The translations under genes were made by a program, and so were the position numbers. A model generated the notes under the pieces. The model did no database searches and was not told the origin of the DNA. It was given only the letters and a program-made list of their open reading frames with translations. From Eledone cirrhosa (lineage: Eukaryota), in the NCBI GenBank assembly GCA_964016885.1, contig OZ024740.1, positions 424,514,001 to 424,578,000 on the forward strand: DNA of 64,000 bases, read 5' to 3'. Below, in pieces: positions 29,604 through 44,126 of this stretch (within the stretch, counting starts at the first letter, position 1; each line of letters starts with the position of its first letter).

Positions 29604-29688
29604 GGTCCGACGAGCCGCAGATTACAGAGTCGGGTAAGATCAATACAGATCAAACCTTGAGCTGATCAGTGACGAAACGCGCGTCACT
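29604..29688 (+). ncRNA. Hammerhead-like motif, CCGACGA core, long stem II
   Basis: ggt-CCGACGA-gccgc..(60 nt)..gtgac-GAAA-cgcgcg-TC-act. A related motif lies on the minus strand at ~41445-41531. Confidence 0.5.
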
Positions 29689-29840
29689 AACCAATAAATG
29701 TAATGAAGGAGTAATCAATCGTCCTTGTTATATTTTCAATATAATACACTCTGTCTAACTCTACACCTCGAGACTGAAGTGAACCTAAACATCGAGTGCT
29801 CACCCGGGTGAACCTACAGTAACTCCAAGTTACACTCCCT

Positions 29841-29881
<41 letters not shown>

Positions 29882-30182
29882 CACATACATATATATATAT
29901 ATGTGCTATTTGACACCTCTTTATTGTTGATTTTTTTTCATTTTTTATTGAACTATCTGACATCGTTCCACTTCAGTGAACAAAAGACCATTTACAAGAA
30001 GGGTTGACCTATTAAAAATAGCAGCCAAATCATCCTCAAATCACACGTGTTGTGGTAGAAGTACGAGATTACAACGAGAAAGATATAATTGTGATGGCAG
30101 GCATGGCTTAGATCATAAGCCTCCCGGATCAAGTATGACCTATGTCTTTCGTAAGAACACACACACACACCATTATATAGAA

Positions 30183-30254
<72 letters not shown>

Positions 30255-30494
30255 GTATGTATGTATAAAAAGTAAACAGAAATAACAAAGTAAACGACAC
30301 ACAGAGATCTTGGATATTTTTGATTGATGGAGGATTTTCATATATTTTTGAAAATAAGGATGTAGTAACATAATGTAATTATTATTAAGATGGTGTTTAA
30401 GCGTTCTTATACAAAAGTATGATGGAAGGTTTTTAGAAACATGCTTGATAGTGGCAAATGAGGTAGTGTATAAGAAATATATATATATAACACA

Positions 30495-30537
<43 letters not shown>

Positions 30538-30745
30538 TTAGTTGATTATATGAATATAAATAGTCGACCACTTGGAGAATATTTGACTGCGGCGTCTGCG
30601 AGGAATCGAACCCGCATCTATATCAAAGTTCAGTGTTTTAATAAACCAAGGTTGGATTATTATACGAGCCACTAGTGAAGACATTCTTTCAAATCTGTCT
30701 ACATTACTGTCCACCTATCTACCTAACTATCTATCTATCTATCTA

Positions 30746-32323
30746 GAAAGGTTTACAGGGGCTAAGCTGAACCGGGACAAGTCGATCGGTCTGCAACTCG
30801 GCACGTGGAGGGGCAGATCGATGCCCTCTGATGGCGTCGTCGGGCGCTGGACGGAGGGCCTGGTGAAGTTGCTCGGGGTCTGGTTCGGACCAGACCTCCA
30901 GGTGGAGAAGAACTGGGGTGAGGTAACGAACAGGGTGTTTGTACTGACCCAGAAGTGGGCCGAGTGCAAACTGTCCCTGAAAGGTCGGGCGGAGGTGGCG
31001 AACACTTATATAGCGTGCGTCATCTACTACCGCCTGACCGTTGTGCCTTGCCCAGGGGAAACGCTCGCCAAAATGGAGCGCGCACTCTTCCAATTCCTTT
31101 GGAAGAAGCGGGCTCCTATGGTGAGGAGATCCATCTGCTGTCAACACCCTTCGAAAGGAGGGCTGGGGATGCCGTGGCTAATGATACGTAAACACGCATT
31201 AAGGCTACGGCACCTCCAAGTATTCCTCTCCGGTTAACCGGTGTGGGCCCCGTTTGTGAGGCGAGCCTTTCCCAGACTCGTCTCACTCACGGAGCTGCAA
31301 TCCTGGGTCAAGCAAAGACCGAGAAAACTGGGCGCCTGGCACACCGAGTGTGCCCAGGCGCTCACGGCTCCCTGGCAGGCGGACCCGGCTGTCAGTGGAG
31401 AATCCACCTCGTCATCTATAGAGGGCTGGTGGTTAGCAGGTGCGACGACGCCCTCGGAGAAGCCCTAGGCATGGAGGAAGACGAACTGGCAAACCTGTTC
31501 GGTAGGACATTCAGCCCGGGACCCATGGATAACTTCCAGAGGTCCCTGGCCTGGCAATGCTACAGAAGGGCTCTGCCCGTTCGAGAAAGGCTCTACAGAC
31601 ACGGGCGCCCGGGTAGGGACCCCTCGAAAAAGATCTGTCCCAGATGCGTGTGCGACGAGGAAACCGTTGCACACGCATTGGTACACTGCTCGGGCATTGC
31701 CAATCTGTGGGGCTATGTCGAACAACTGCTGTCAAGGGTGGGACCGATCCGGTTGACCACCGAGTCTATTGTAACGATCAAGCCGCCTCCCCTCTTCAAA
31801 AACGAAGGAGAGGCGGTGTTTCTGTGCGTAATAGCCATGGCGAAAGAGGTTGTATGGTGGACGCGTCTGAAAGGACTGAGGTCAGACACCTTTCTCTCTG
31901 GCCAACAACTGGTCCGTTTCTTCCGATATCATTTCGGAAGAAGGATAAGGATGGAGAGAGAGATGCTGCACCCCAGCCGTTTTTATGAAAGATGGGTGAA
32001 AGTGGCGAGAATGGCCTGTGTGAATGGGCCTTCACTCTACATCAGACTATAGGTGAGGAAGATGAAAGACCAAGGGAGCACCCCTTCTCTGTGCTCCTGA
32101 GGAAATGGGTTGCACACTTTTTTTCGGGGGTGTGTGCGACCCCCCCAGGCGCCTCCTCTCTATTGAGGATTTTGTTATAAATTTTATTCTGTTATATTTT
32201 ATTTTATTTTTATATTTTGTTATTGCCTCCTCCTTATTGAGGACGCCTTGTTTTGTAAACTCCCCCCATTGTACTTGTCCCGCTTTTGATGCCCTGGTGG
32301 CAAATAAAAGAAACATATCTATT
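30746..32323 (+). mobile_element. Tx1/L1-clade LINE, 5'-truncated (RT C-terminus + zf-RVT zinc knuckle + 3' UTR)
   Basis: TGAKLNRDKS, VKLLGVWFG, LSLKGRAEVAN, KGGLGMP and CPRC..ETVAHALVHC. One stop and one frameshift. AATAAA at ~32302. Identical 22-bp flanks at 30724-30745 and 32324-32345. Confidence 0.92.
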
Positions 32324-32541
32324 TAACTATCTATCTATCTATCTACGTTTCGACGGCTATTTCTGGACTCCAGAAATAGCCATCGAAACGGCTTGAGCTC
32401 TGCCGTCGGGGTCATACATTTTCCATTTACCCGATCTACTACCCGAAGTATTGAGTACTCTGGTGCTTTATGGTCCATCTGGTTCCTTACCACAACTCCT
32501 TCGTTATATATGCATTTATATATAGATATATATATATATAT

Positions 32542-32604
<63 letters not shown>

Positions 32605-32652
32605 TGAAAAAGTATAGAAATTGTTGTAGCGAGAAGCTAACCGTATTCCATA

Positions 32653-32688
<36 letters not shown>

Positions 32689-33200
32689 ACACACACACAT
32701 ACACACACACACACATACACACACACACACGCGCATATATATATCCCATATACAATATATATATATATATATATACATACATACATATATGAATATATGT
32801 GTGTGTGTGTGAATGTATACTGATACACACTCATATTTACACACACACACACACAAACGTGTGAGTGTGTGTACCCCTTAGACACCCTTAACTAAGTTTA
32901 CAACACGACGTGTCTAAACTAGCTACAACACGTCATACTTAGTACAAATAACTCAGCGAAGAAAACTAAAATTTAATATTAAGCCACAATAGAAACACGA
33001 TAGTATCGGAGAACACGGGGTTCTATGTCCTCGTAGTATCACAGACATGATATTATATATATATAATTATTACTTATACAACACAACCTAACAACTGGAA
33101 TAAGACAAACAGGCCTCAACTAGCTACAGATGATACCATACAGATATCAACTATACAGTTAAATCATATTTAATATTAATATTAAAATTAGACATATATT

Positions 33201-33254
<54 letters not shown>

Positions 33255-33308
33255 TGTAATATGATGTAATATAATATAATATAATATAATATAATATAAT
33301 ATAATATA

Positions 33309-33354
<46 letters not shown>

Positions 33355-33593
33355 CATATCTGTAATATGATAAATATAATATAATATAATATAATATAAT
33401 ATAATATAAATTTATTAATATATATATATAATATATATATATATATATAAACGTATATATATATACATATATATATATATAATGTATAAACATTTATATA
33501 TATATAATGTATATATATATAAATGTTTATATATACATATACATAAATATATATATATATATAATATATATATATAGAGAGAGAATATATATA

Positions 33594-33652
<59 letters not shown>

Positions 33653-33777
33653 TTACATACATCTATACATATATATATTCATATATATATTTTTATATAA
33701 ATATATATGTATACATATATATATATGTGTGTATATATGTAGAATACATGTTTACATCTATATATGTAATGTATATG

Positions 33778-33896
<119 letters not shown>

Positions 33897-33921
33897 GATC
33901 AAAAGAACATCTATTTTATAT

Positions 33922-34081
33922 ACATGGACACACTAGAAGAGGAAGACCAAGGTTAACGTATGTTGATGCCCTAAGGACAGACACTGGTCTGTTGGAGACG
34001 CAGGACATGGCAGCGATAATGAGGGACAGAGACCGCTGGAGAGAACTCGTCCATGGATCTCGGGAATTTTACCCGCCTTAG
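33922..34081 (+). mobile_element. RTE LINE extreme 3' end
   Basis: Translates [43 protein letters not shown], a typical RTE C-terminus. Confidence 0.75.
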
Positions 34082-34531
34082 ATATATATATATATATATA
34101 CATATGTGTAAATGCATGTGCGTGTTTATAACTTTGGCACGATCATTTGAGTTGGGAATTTGTACAGGTCACTGCTATGAGTTCAAATCCCACTGACATC
34201 CAGTTCGCCTTTTGAGGTCGATAAAGTAAGTACCATCACAAGGTGTTGCGCCTTTGTCTACTTCTAGCTGTCACATCCTGGATGTTTCATTAGATCCATG
34301 GAGGGAATCGTGAGAGTGTGTTGCTGTCTGTTAGCAACTGTAGAAGTATGTAAACCATTATGGACAGCATGGTACTTACTACCAATCTATATTCCATTGC
34401 AAGTGACAGACATAGTAGTAATGTACATACATATATGGATGAATATATATATGTATACATATATATATATATACATATATATATGTGTATATATATATAT
34501 AACTGTATGCATATACATATATGTATATATG

Positions 34532-34628
<97 letters not shown>

Positions 34629-34900
34629 GAGTTAAACAAGATTCAATGAGTATATCAAAGAATGAGTTTTACAGTAGATTGGAAGCACTCTACTGAAAAT
34701 ATTTTCCAGAGTTATTAATATTAAAATACAAATATTAATAAAATAGATGTTCTTTTGATGAATTACATTTTATTATACATATTTCGGAGGTACGTCCTCA
34801 TCAGACAAAATATAATGATACATGACATACCCTGAGATGTTAAATGGTTAAGATTTAATCAAGGTAGTTTAACATCTCAGGGTATATCATGTAGCATTAT

Positions 34901-34953
34901 ATTTTGTCTGATGAGGACGTACTGTTGTACATCCGAAATATGTATAATAAAAT
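34901..34953 (+). ncRNA. Type I hammerhead ribozyme (family D variant), with an inverted copy at ~34765-34812
   Basis: attttgt-CTGATGA-ggacgtac tgtt gtacatcc-GAAA-tatgta-TA-ataaaat. Confidence 0.8.
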
Positions 34954-35066
34954 GTAATTGATCTAAAGAACAGCAATTTTATTAATATTTGTATTTTTAT
35001 ATTTATGTATATATATATATTTCGTTTCTGAATTTGTTTATTGGCAACATGACCCTCCCAAAGTAT

Positions 35067-35260
<194 letters not shown>

Positions 35261-35294
35261 ACTATATATATATATGTAACTATATATATATATA

Positions 35295-35371
<77 letters not shown>

Positions 35372-35430
35372 AAGGCTTCTACAGGATTAGAACTGTTTCC
35401 TTGCAGAGAAATCATCAGGAAGCCGTGGAC

Positions 35431-35481
35431 GGCTTCCTGATGATTTCTCCGGAATGAAACAGTTCTAGTCCTGTAGAAGCC
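35431..35481 (+). ncRNA. Type I hammerhead ribozyme (family B)
   Basis: ggcttc-CTGATGA-tttctccggaat-GAAA-cag ttctagtc ctg-TA-gaagcc. Mirror copy on the minus strand at 35374-35424. Confidence 0.85.
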
Positions 35482-35594
35482 ATTTCTATATTAAATATTT
35501 ATACTCTGCTTTGTATTGAGTACCTTACTTACTGTGGTTACCCCCGATTGAATTCGAGATAAACTTATATATATATATGCATATGTTATGTATC

Positions 35595-35645
<51 letters not shown>

Positions 35646-35709
35646 CATGCATATTTGTGTAAGTATATATATATATGTATATATATGTGTATATATATAT
35701 ATATGTATG

Positions 35710-35759
<50 letters not shown>

Positions 35760-36091
35760 TATGTGATTTAATTATGTCGGTCCCAACCCACTAATGACCG
35801 TAAAAAATGTCGATCGCTATAAATAATAGTTGAGAAAATTTGTGAAAGTACCACTGAGGTGTTTCTTTTCACTTGTGTCCGTCTCCAGGGTTATCTACCC
35901 GTGTTCCTCACCTCTTATTTATAGTTCTGGTCAACAAATACTGAGGTTATTTGCGTTGTGACGCACACGTTTCTAATTTCAAATTGAAATAACCCCTGGG
36001 CTTCTACAGCAAAACGTTTTACTTATACACTCACACATACACACAAACAAACACACACTATATTTATAAATAATATATGTAAGTGTATATA

Positions 36092-36179
<88 letters not shown>

Positions 36180-36305
36180 TACAATATATTAATAAATGGA
36201 AACTATATTTATAAAACCATATTTATTCTATTATACATATTTCAAGGGCCACCAAGGCAAATTATATATAAATATATATATTTATTAAAACAACTTCAAA
36301 TGTAT

Positions 36306-36360
<55 letters not shown>

Positions 36361-36461
36361 GTATGTATGCATATATGGTAGCGGCACAACCTCGAAACGC
36401 ACATTTTCTAAATTTCGCTGCGATCAAATTATTTGTCTGTTTAATATATATATAAATATAC

Positions 36462-36633
<172 letters not shown>

Positions 36634-36634
36634 G

Positions 36635-36703
<69 letters not shown>

Positions 36704-36780
36704 ATGTATATATATATATATATGTATGTCGTCCAAACCTTGCAATAGGGAAAATCGGACGTAAAATGATGATGATGATG

Positions 36781-36864
<84 letters not shown>

Positions 36865-36884
36865 CATATATAAATATATATATA

Positions 36885-36920
<36 letters not shown>

Positions 36921-36942
36921 CATATATGTATATTTATATATG

Positions 36943-36988
<46 letters not shown>

Positions 36989-37623
36989 ACTGTATGTGTG
37001 TGTGTGTATGTGTGGTGTGTATGTATATACATATATGTATAACATATTTACCACAATGATCTTTAATACTTGGTGGTTGCTTCTAAGATTACCGGGAAAT
37101 TTCCCCGGTGTCACTTAGTATATACTCAATGCATATTATGATGGTGTAGAGAGGAGAAACACAATTCAATATAGATATATATGTATTATTATAACTCTGA
37201 ATTCACACCAGTCACTTGTGGGCTATGTATTTCGTGACTAAATGCCCTTCTTCAATCTGGTCATATATATATTTTAAATAGTATATTATTACACATACAT
37301 GATTTGGCAATCGATATGTGTAATGATGCGTCGCCTTCTGCACATATAATCCAGATAACTATAATGTGCGGACGAATGATCAGATAGATTCTGAATTCAT
37401 TCAGAACGAAGCCACCAGGATATTAATGATGGTCCTGTTGAGGATATATCTTTTTTCAAGCGTCTCCATTATTGCCTACGGCTATGGTATACTGTTCAAT
37501 TGAATGCGGAAATTGAAGCAATTCAACATTGCTACAGAAAAACAATTGTCACAGGGAAACTACATAAAACTCGGAAGAATTGGAGGAAATAAACATCTAC
37601 CCCCTGGGACGAAGGCTAGAATA

Positions 37624-37671
<48 letters not shown>

Positions 37672-37767
37672 AACTAATATATCTAGTCAATGTACTGTGT
37701 CGTGTGCTTTGTTATTGTTTCTGTTTACTCTTTACAAACGCACACACAGGCACACACACACACATAA

Positions 37768-38140
37768 ATGTTTCTACTCTTGGCACCAGTGCATTACTGG
37801 TACTTTATTTTATCGACCCCTTAAGGATGAAAGGCAAATCCCACCAAGTTGGGATTTGAACTCAGAATGGCAAGGGCCGAACTCTATGCGTCAAAGCATG
37901 GCGTCCGACCCTCTACCGATATTGCCAATCCACCGCCATGTATATATAATTGTTTCTACTTTTTGGCACAAGGCCAGCAATTATATATCAGTACATTACT
38001 GGTACTTTATTTTAACGACCCCGTAAGGATGAAAGGCAAAGTTAACCTCGGTGGGATTTGAACTCAGTCCATAAAGGGCCGTAACTCTTTGTGGCAAAGC
38101 ATGCGGTCCGACCATCTACCGATACTGCCAATCCTACACC
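37768..38140 (-). mobile_element. Two tandem tRNA-SINE family 1 copies
   Basis: 37768-37938 and 37949-38140 each match the SINE consensus. Confidence 0.85.
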
Positions 38141-38342
38141 ATTGTATATATACCGCCATGTATATATAATGTTGGGTAGTGAGTAATATTGTTTAATGCC
38201 ATTACGTGGCACCTGTATGAGCATCCAATGTCAGTACATGTGATTCCAGTGTGTACTCTGCACGGCATCAGTATATATACACTCTGGGAGATGCCAGAGT
38301 GTATATATACGAGTATAAACACTGTATATACTCGTGTATATA

Positions 38343-38427
<85 letters not shown>

Positions 38428-38500
38428 TTATTTCCGTAGGAAGGGTAAGAGAAAGGAGAGTGCTCTATGTACACTGTATATAGTGTATATACACGTGTAT

Positions 38501-39214
38501 GTACACTATATACTCGTGTAAAAGTCGAATTGTTTAGACCATTTTTTAAGGATAAATTTATGGGGTCGCCTATTACAGAAATACTACTTTTGAGGGGCTT
38601 CAAATTAAAGCCTGAATCGAAAGTACCATATCAATAGTGGAAACCCAACCGATTTCTAAACAAAAGCACAATGAATTACAGTAATATTACCAATGCTATG
38701 TATCAAAACACACATCCTAGTAAATAACAAAATCCATAAAGAAGGTTGCATAGCTTTTACAAATATTTACACTTGTTCTTTTACTCGTACCCATCAAACT
38801 TAATAGACATAGTGTAATTAATTTATATCTCATAATTACTGTATATTACTATGGGTAATATACCTACAGGTATGCCACTACCTACTGTTTTACTCTAAAC
38901 ACCGAGCATTCCGTTATAAGTACTAAACATTCTATCTATAGGACAGTCTAGAGTAATGTAGGCACACGTTAGGGTAAATGTCTAGTTTCAGACATATATT
39001 AACAATAATATAAATTTACCTTAAATTCAGGACGATTCTGTAACAGTGTCATTTCTAGGTACAGGTTGATAACTTGACCCACAAATGTTGACCTGTTGTC
39101 TTGAAATACTAGGGTCGACTTTTATACAAGGTTTAGGGAAAATTTCAGTATTTTTGGCCTAAAATAAGGGCGCGACCATTACATGAAATCGACTATTTCT
39201 CAAGTATGTACGGT
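38501..39214. mobile_element. Tc1/mariner-pogo type MITE, degenerate
   Basis: Ends tacactatatactcgtgtaaaagtcga ... tcgactatttctcaagtatgtacggta resemble pogo/Tc2-type TACCGTA..CTCG..TAAGTCGA TIRs with TA flanks. Confidence 0.55.
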
Positions 39215-39578
39215 ATATGTATGGATGGTTTACTGAAGAGAACCATAGTTAAATAAGCTTCTTAATATATTTGTAGAGAAGGTACATATTTATTTCATAT
39301 AGAAAAGACTTCTGCAGGACTAGAAATATTTGTGTGTGAGTCCCGGATTCAATCGGGGAGTAACCGCAGTTAGTGAGGTACTCAATACATAATTAGTGTG
39401 TAAACGTCAAGTTTGATAAAGAAATGGCCTCAGCAGGACTAGAACTGTTTCAATACACATGTGAATGTATATATATATATGTATATATATATAGGAACCA
39501 GTACCCACTCTACTACCCTAAGTATTGAGTACTTTGGTGCGTTATGGTCCACCTGGTTCCTTACCACATTTCCTTCGT

Positions 39579-39663
<85 letters not shown>

Positions 39664-39842
39664 TATATAGTAATAATATTAAATTTGAAGACTAAAATCT
39701 AAAGAGGGCTCGATAAGGATAAATATATATCAGATCCATAAGAACCGTAGAGCAAATATTTATTAAAATAACCGATTAAAGTTTAAGCAAAGAATCGCTG
39801 CTTTCAACCTTAACGGGATCTTCTGATATGTTATTTTAATAA

Positions 39843-39887
<45 letters not shown>

Positions 39888-39924
39888 AATGATGTATATA
39901 TTTCATATGTATTATACATAATTA

Positions 39925-39976
<52 letters not shown>

Positions 39977-39986
39977 AATATATATA

Positions 39987-40170
39987 ATTGTTTCTACTTT
40001 TGGCACAAGGCCAGCAATTACCCAGTGTATTACTGGTACTTTATTTTGTCGACCCCATAAGGATGAAAGGCAAAGTTAACCTTGGCGGGATTTGAACTCA
40101 GATCATAAAGGGACGTAACTCTATGCTTCAAAGCATGGTGTCCGACCCTCTACCGATACTGCCAATCCAT
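39987..40170 (-). mobile_element. tRNA-SINE family 1
   Basis: Consensus match. Confidence 0.88.
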
Positions 40171-40348
40171 ATAATATTTGCACATATAAATTAGAGCTGT
40201 TCGGGTAAGAAGCTAACTTTCACCAGCTTGGTTTCAGGTTCACTCTCAGTGTGTGGTCCCATGTTGCCATGGCTCTTAATTTGAATAATGCCTTCTGGTC
40301 GATAATTTGGTAGAAAGTACTGAATTCCATTACAGAGAGAGAGACAGT

Positions 40349-40390
<42 letters not shown>

Positions 40391-40750
40391 CGTGTGTATG
40401 TGTAAATTAAATTATGAGGTAGTTTTAAATGTTTTGTAATGATATTAAATTTAAAGTGACTTAAAAAAATCTGACAATGCTTATGATGAAATCACAACCA
40501 TGCATTATTTCCTCATACGGCAATGTCTGGGCTTTTAATTCTTTTTAAATTTAATGCACACGTACACATATATATCTATATATCTATGTATCTATGTATG
40601 GAAATATGTATATAAATATATCACACACACACGCGCGCACACGCACACACCCACATAGACACGCACACACACACACACACACATACATATATAAATGTGT
40701 GTGTGTATACATATTTCCATTTCCATACATTGATACATACATAGATACAT

Positions 40751-40793
<43 letters not shown>

Positions 40794-40859
40794 CTTTTAC
40801 TCTTTTACTCTTTTACCTGTTCCAGCCATCTGGCTGAGGCCATGCTGGGACACCGCCCT

Positions 40860-41118
40860 TGTTGCTACACATTTTATCTCCAGCCTGTATTGGTTGGCCA
40901 CTGGTGCAAGAGTGAGTTCATTGCTGCTGCCCTTAGGTTTCCCTCGTGGCTTGCTGTGAGCTCATCCGGGACCCTGGATAGCCAGGTGTCGAGATGTCTC
41001 TTGAAAACAACCACGTTCACACCATGCAGATATCTCAGATCCCTCAGTAGCTTGTTGAAGCGTTGAGGGCCCTTGAACCCCTGGCTATTGCAATATATGC
41101 TCCTTATTCTAGATGTGG
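40860..41118 (-). mobile_element. CR1-like LINE 3' fragment
   Basis: Translates YCNSQGFKGPQRFNKL..VFKRHLDTWLSRVPDE..RAAAMNSLLHQ. Homologous degenerate fragment at 53540-53960. Confidence 0.7.
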
Positions 41119-41119
41119 A

Positions 41120-41150
<31 letters not shown>

Positions 41151-41269
41151 TGTAATAAACAACATAAGAAATTATTCCATTGTCTTATGTTGTTTATTAC
41201 ATAACTAAATAGCTCTGTAGCTTACATAGAGCACTCTCCTTTCCCTTACCCTTCCTACGGAAATAATTC

Positions 41270-41314
<45 letters not shown>

Positions 41315-41316
41315 TG

Positions 41317-41383
<67 letters not shown>

Positions 41384-42419
41384 GTAATCTTTTACTTTCT
41401 TGTAGGTACTCTGTGTCAGAGTACCATCATTAAGTATATTCAAATGTGACGCGCGTTTCGCTATTGATAATCGCATAGTTCGATCCGTATCGATCGGTCC
41501 CAACTCTGGAACCAAAAGCTCATCGTTCACCTGTGCACAACCCGTCTTGCACCTATACACAAGCCCGCCCTGTACCTATACACAAGCGCCTCCTGAACCT
41601 TTGCACAAGCCCGTCGTGCAGGTATGCAATTTAATTTGTGGTGGGTCGAGTTTGATTTAGCTTTTTGGTATAAATTTTGTAAAATTAATAAGCGGCTGGG
41701 TTCGATTATTCGAGACACGAAAGTAATTGAAATCGTTTGATTTTTTTTATTTGGGTTTGTTAGAATGATTTTAACGGAATTGTTGGGAAACTTGTGAGGG
41801 CCTCGTTAACTTAATGCTGAGGTTTTCTATTGCAGATATCACATTAGTTACTTCAATATCTTTATATAAGACTGCACAGTTAAGAATCTCAGATGACTCG
41901 GCTATTTGTGTAGCAGCAGACTGGTGAACATAATGTTCAATTGTTCATTATATCTTACCCCTTGCTAGGGTCAGAAATGAGTGATAGATTTACATCCTTT
42001 AAACAATGACACCGTATTGTAGTGCAGCGAAGCTGTTTCTTTAACGAAACTGTAAAAAAACCTTTGCAGTAGTTTTTACATTCCAAAATAGCCTAGTCTT
42101 CCTTCCATCCTCTTTCATTTTTCATTGAGTACTTTATTATATTTTAAGTTTCTAAGATGAATATTTTAAACAAGTTTCTTTCTCTTCTCGCTGTTTGTTT
42201 AAAACCATTTCAAATTTCAGACCTATCTTTTGACTCGTGAGAACTTCTCCCTATCTTTAGAAAATCTTCAAATTTCTTATTGTGACATTTTTAATGCATT
42301 AATGACATAAATTCTTTCAGTTTTGTATCGCTGTGTTTCTTACTGAAGGTTTGAGTCTAGTGTGCAATATTATAATTTCTCCTCCAATAATTTCTCTTAA
42401 ACCTTGTGGAAAATTAACT

Positions 42420-42866
42420 TGGATAGAGTTGGTTTGCCAGTGGTGAGGTGTAAAACTACAAGATCGCATGGACAGAATTGGTTTGGCAGTGGTGAGGTGT
42501 AAAGCTACAAGATCGCATGGACAGAATTGGTTTGCCAGTGGTGAGGTATAAAGCTACAGGTTTGCTTGGACAGAATTGGTTTGCCAGTGGTGAGGTATAA
42601 AGCTACAGGTTTGCTTGGACAGAGTTGGTTTGCCAGAGGTGAGGTGCAAAGCTACAGGTTTGCTTGGACAGAGTTGGTTTGCCAGAGGTGAGGTGTAAAG
42701 CTACAGGTTTGCTTGGACAAAGTTGGTTTGCCAATGGTGAGGTGTAAAGCTACAGGTTTGCTTGGACAGAGTTGGTTTGCTAATGGTGAGGTGTAAAGCT
42801 ACAAGTTTGCTTGGACAGAGTTGGTTTGCTAATGGTGAGGTGTAAAGCTACAAGTTTGCTTGGACA
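42420..42866. repeat. 49-bp minisatellite, ~9 copies
   Basis: Unit GGACAGAGTTGGTTTGCCAGTGGTGAGGTGTAAAGCTACAGGTTTGCTT. Confidence 0.95.
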
Positions 42867-43257
42867 ACATAATATGAAGTCTATTGTGTTATGATCAGAG
42901 ACGGTTATAGGAATCACCTTCACATGCTAGATGATTGTCTCTGGAACAGAACCAGAGTATTGATGCTTTGGCTGGGGCAGCTAACAATTTTCTCGTATGT
43001 CAGTGAGGTGAACTAGAAACTGTACTTGTCTGTAATAATGGTATGATATTTCTGAGAGTTGGGAAGTTTGAAGTTACTAAGGAGCAGAGACCTAACTAGA
43101 CTATGACAAACATGGTACATGCCATGAGCGTAACCTGAAGGGGATGGTGCCACTTGAACTAGGAGCACTCTCTATTAAAGTCAGATAAGCTATTGAAGGA
43201 GAGTGAAAAAAGAAACTGCCTCAGATGTATGATCTGTCTTTGATTATCATGGGTTGG

Positions 43258-43324
<67 letters not shown>

Positions 43325-43507
43325 TTTCGAATATTAATAATAACATTCGATTCGTTTGTAATTATGCAAACAACCCTCATTTTTAAAGCCATGTCAGTAG
43401 AATGAACTCTTCATTCTTGCGCATGTGAACAGAACTGCAGACACTAATGTTTCTGGGTATAACCCTTCATCAGTACAGCTCACTGTTTACCTGCTAACAT
43501 ATATATA

Positions 43508-43569
<62 letters not shown>

Positions 43570-43800
43570 AAAAAGGGAAAGGAATGATTTCAGTTGTAGT
43601 TGGTATTCTATAACAATTTCATTTTATAATTTTATAATTTTATAATTTTGCTATGTAGATCTACATAGCAAAATTATAAAATTATAAAATTAAATTCTTA
43701 TAGAATACCAACTACAAGTGAAGTCATTCTTTTCCTTTTATCAAATATACCTAACTGTGCCAAGGATCTCACACATTTTCCAATATATATATATATATAT

Positions 43801-43987
43801 AATTATTTCTACTTTTGGCACAAGGTTAGCAATTACCCAGTTCATGACTGGTACTTTATTTTATCGACCCCGTAAGGATGAAAGGCAAAGTTAACCTCGG
43901 CGGGATTTGAACTCAGAATGGAAAGGGCCGTAACTCTATGCGTCAAAGCATGGCGCCCGACCCTCTACCGATACTGCCAATCCACCA
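43801..43987 (-). mobile_element. tRNA-SINE family 1
   Basis: Consensus match. Another copy at 44575-44788. Confidence 0.88.
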
Positions 43988-44085
43988 CTCTGATATATAT
44001 ATATATAATATAGGGGTAGAACACTGGAAGGTAATATCCGTAGTGGTAGAGCACTCAGTCCATGGGGATCTTCAGCTCGGACAGT

Positions 44086-44126
44086 CCGAGCTGAAGATCC
44101 GCATAAGGTGAAACAATTGTTCTCGG
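44086..44126 (+). ncRNA. Minimal type I hammerhead ribozyme (canonical core)
   Basis: ccgag-CTGAAGA-tcc gcataa ggt-GAAA-caattg-TT-ctcgg. Perfect 5-bp stem I and palindromic stem III. Host element 44012-44158, partial copy at 54009-54090. Confidence 0.85.

Noticed and set aside
39010-39045. Minus-strand micro-exon cag|AATCGTCCTGAATTTAAG|gtaaat
   Set aside because: Lies inside a probable pogo-type MITE and is expected by chance.
41700-42420. Unique-looking stretch as host exon
   Set aside because: The frame I translated by hand has stops and no recognisable homology, and the ORF track shows no long ORF here.
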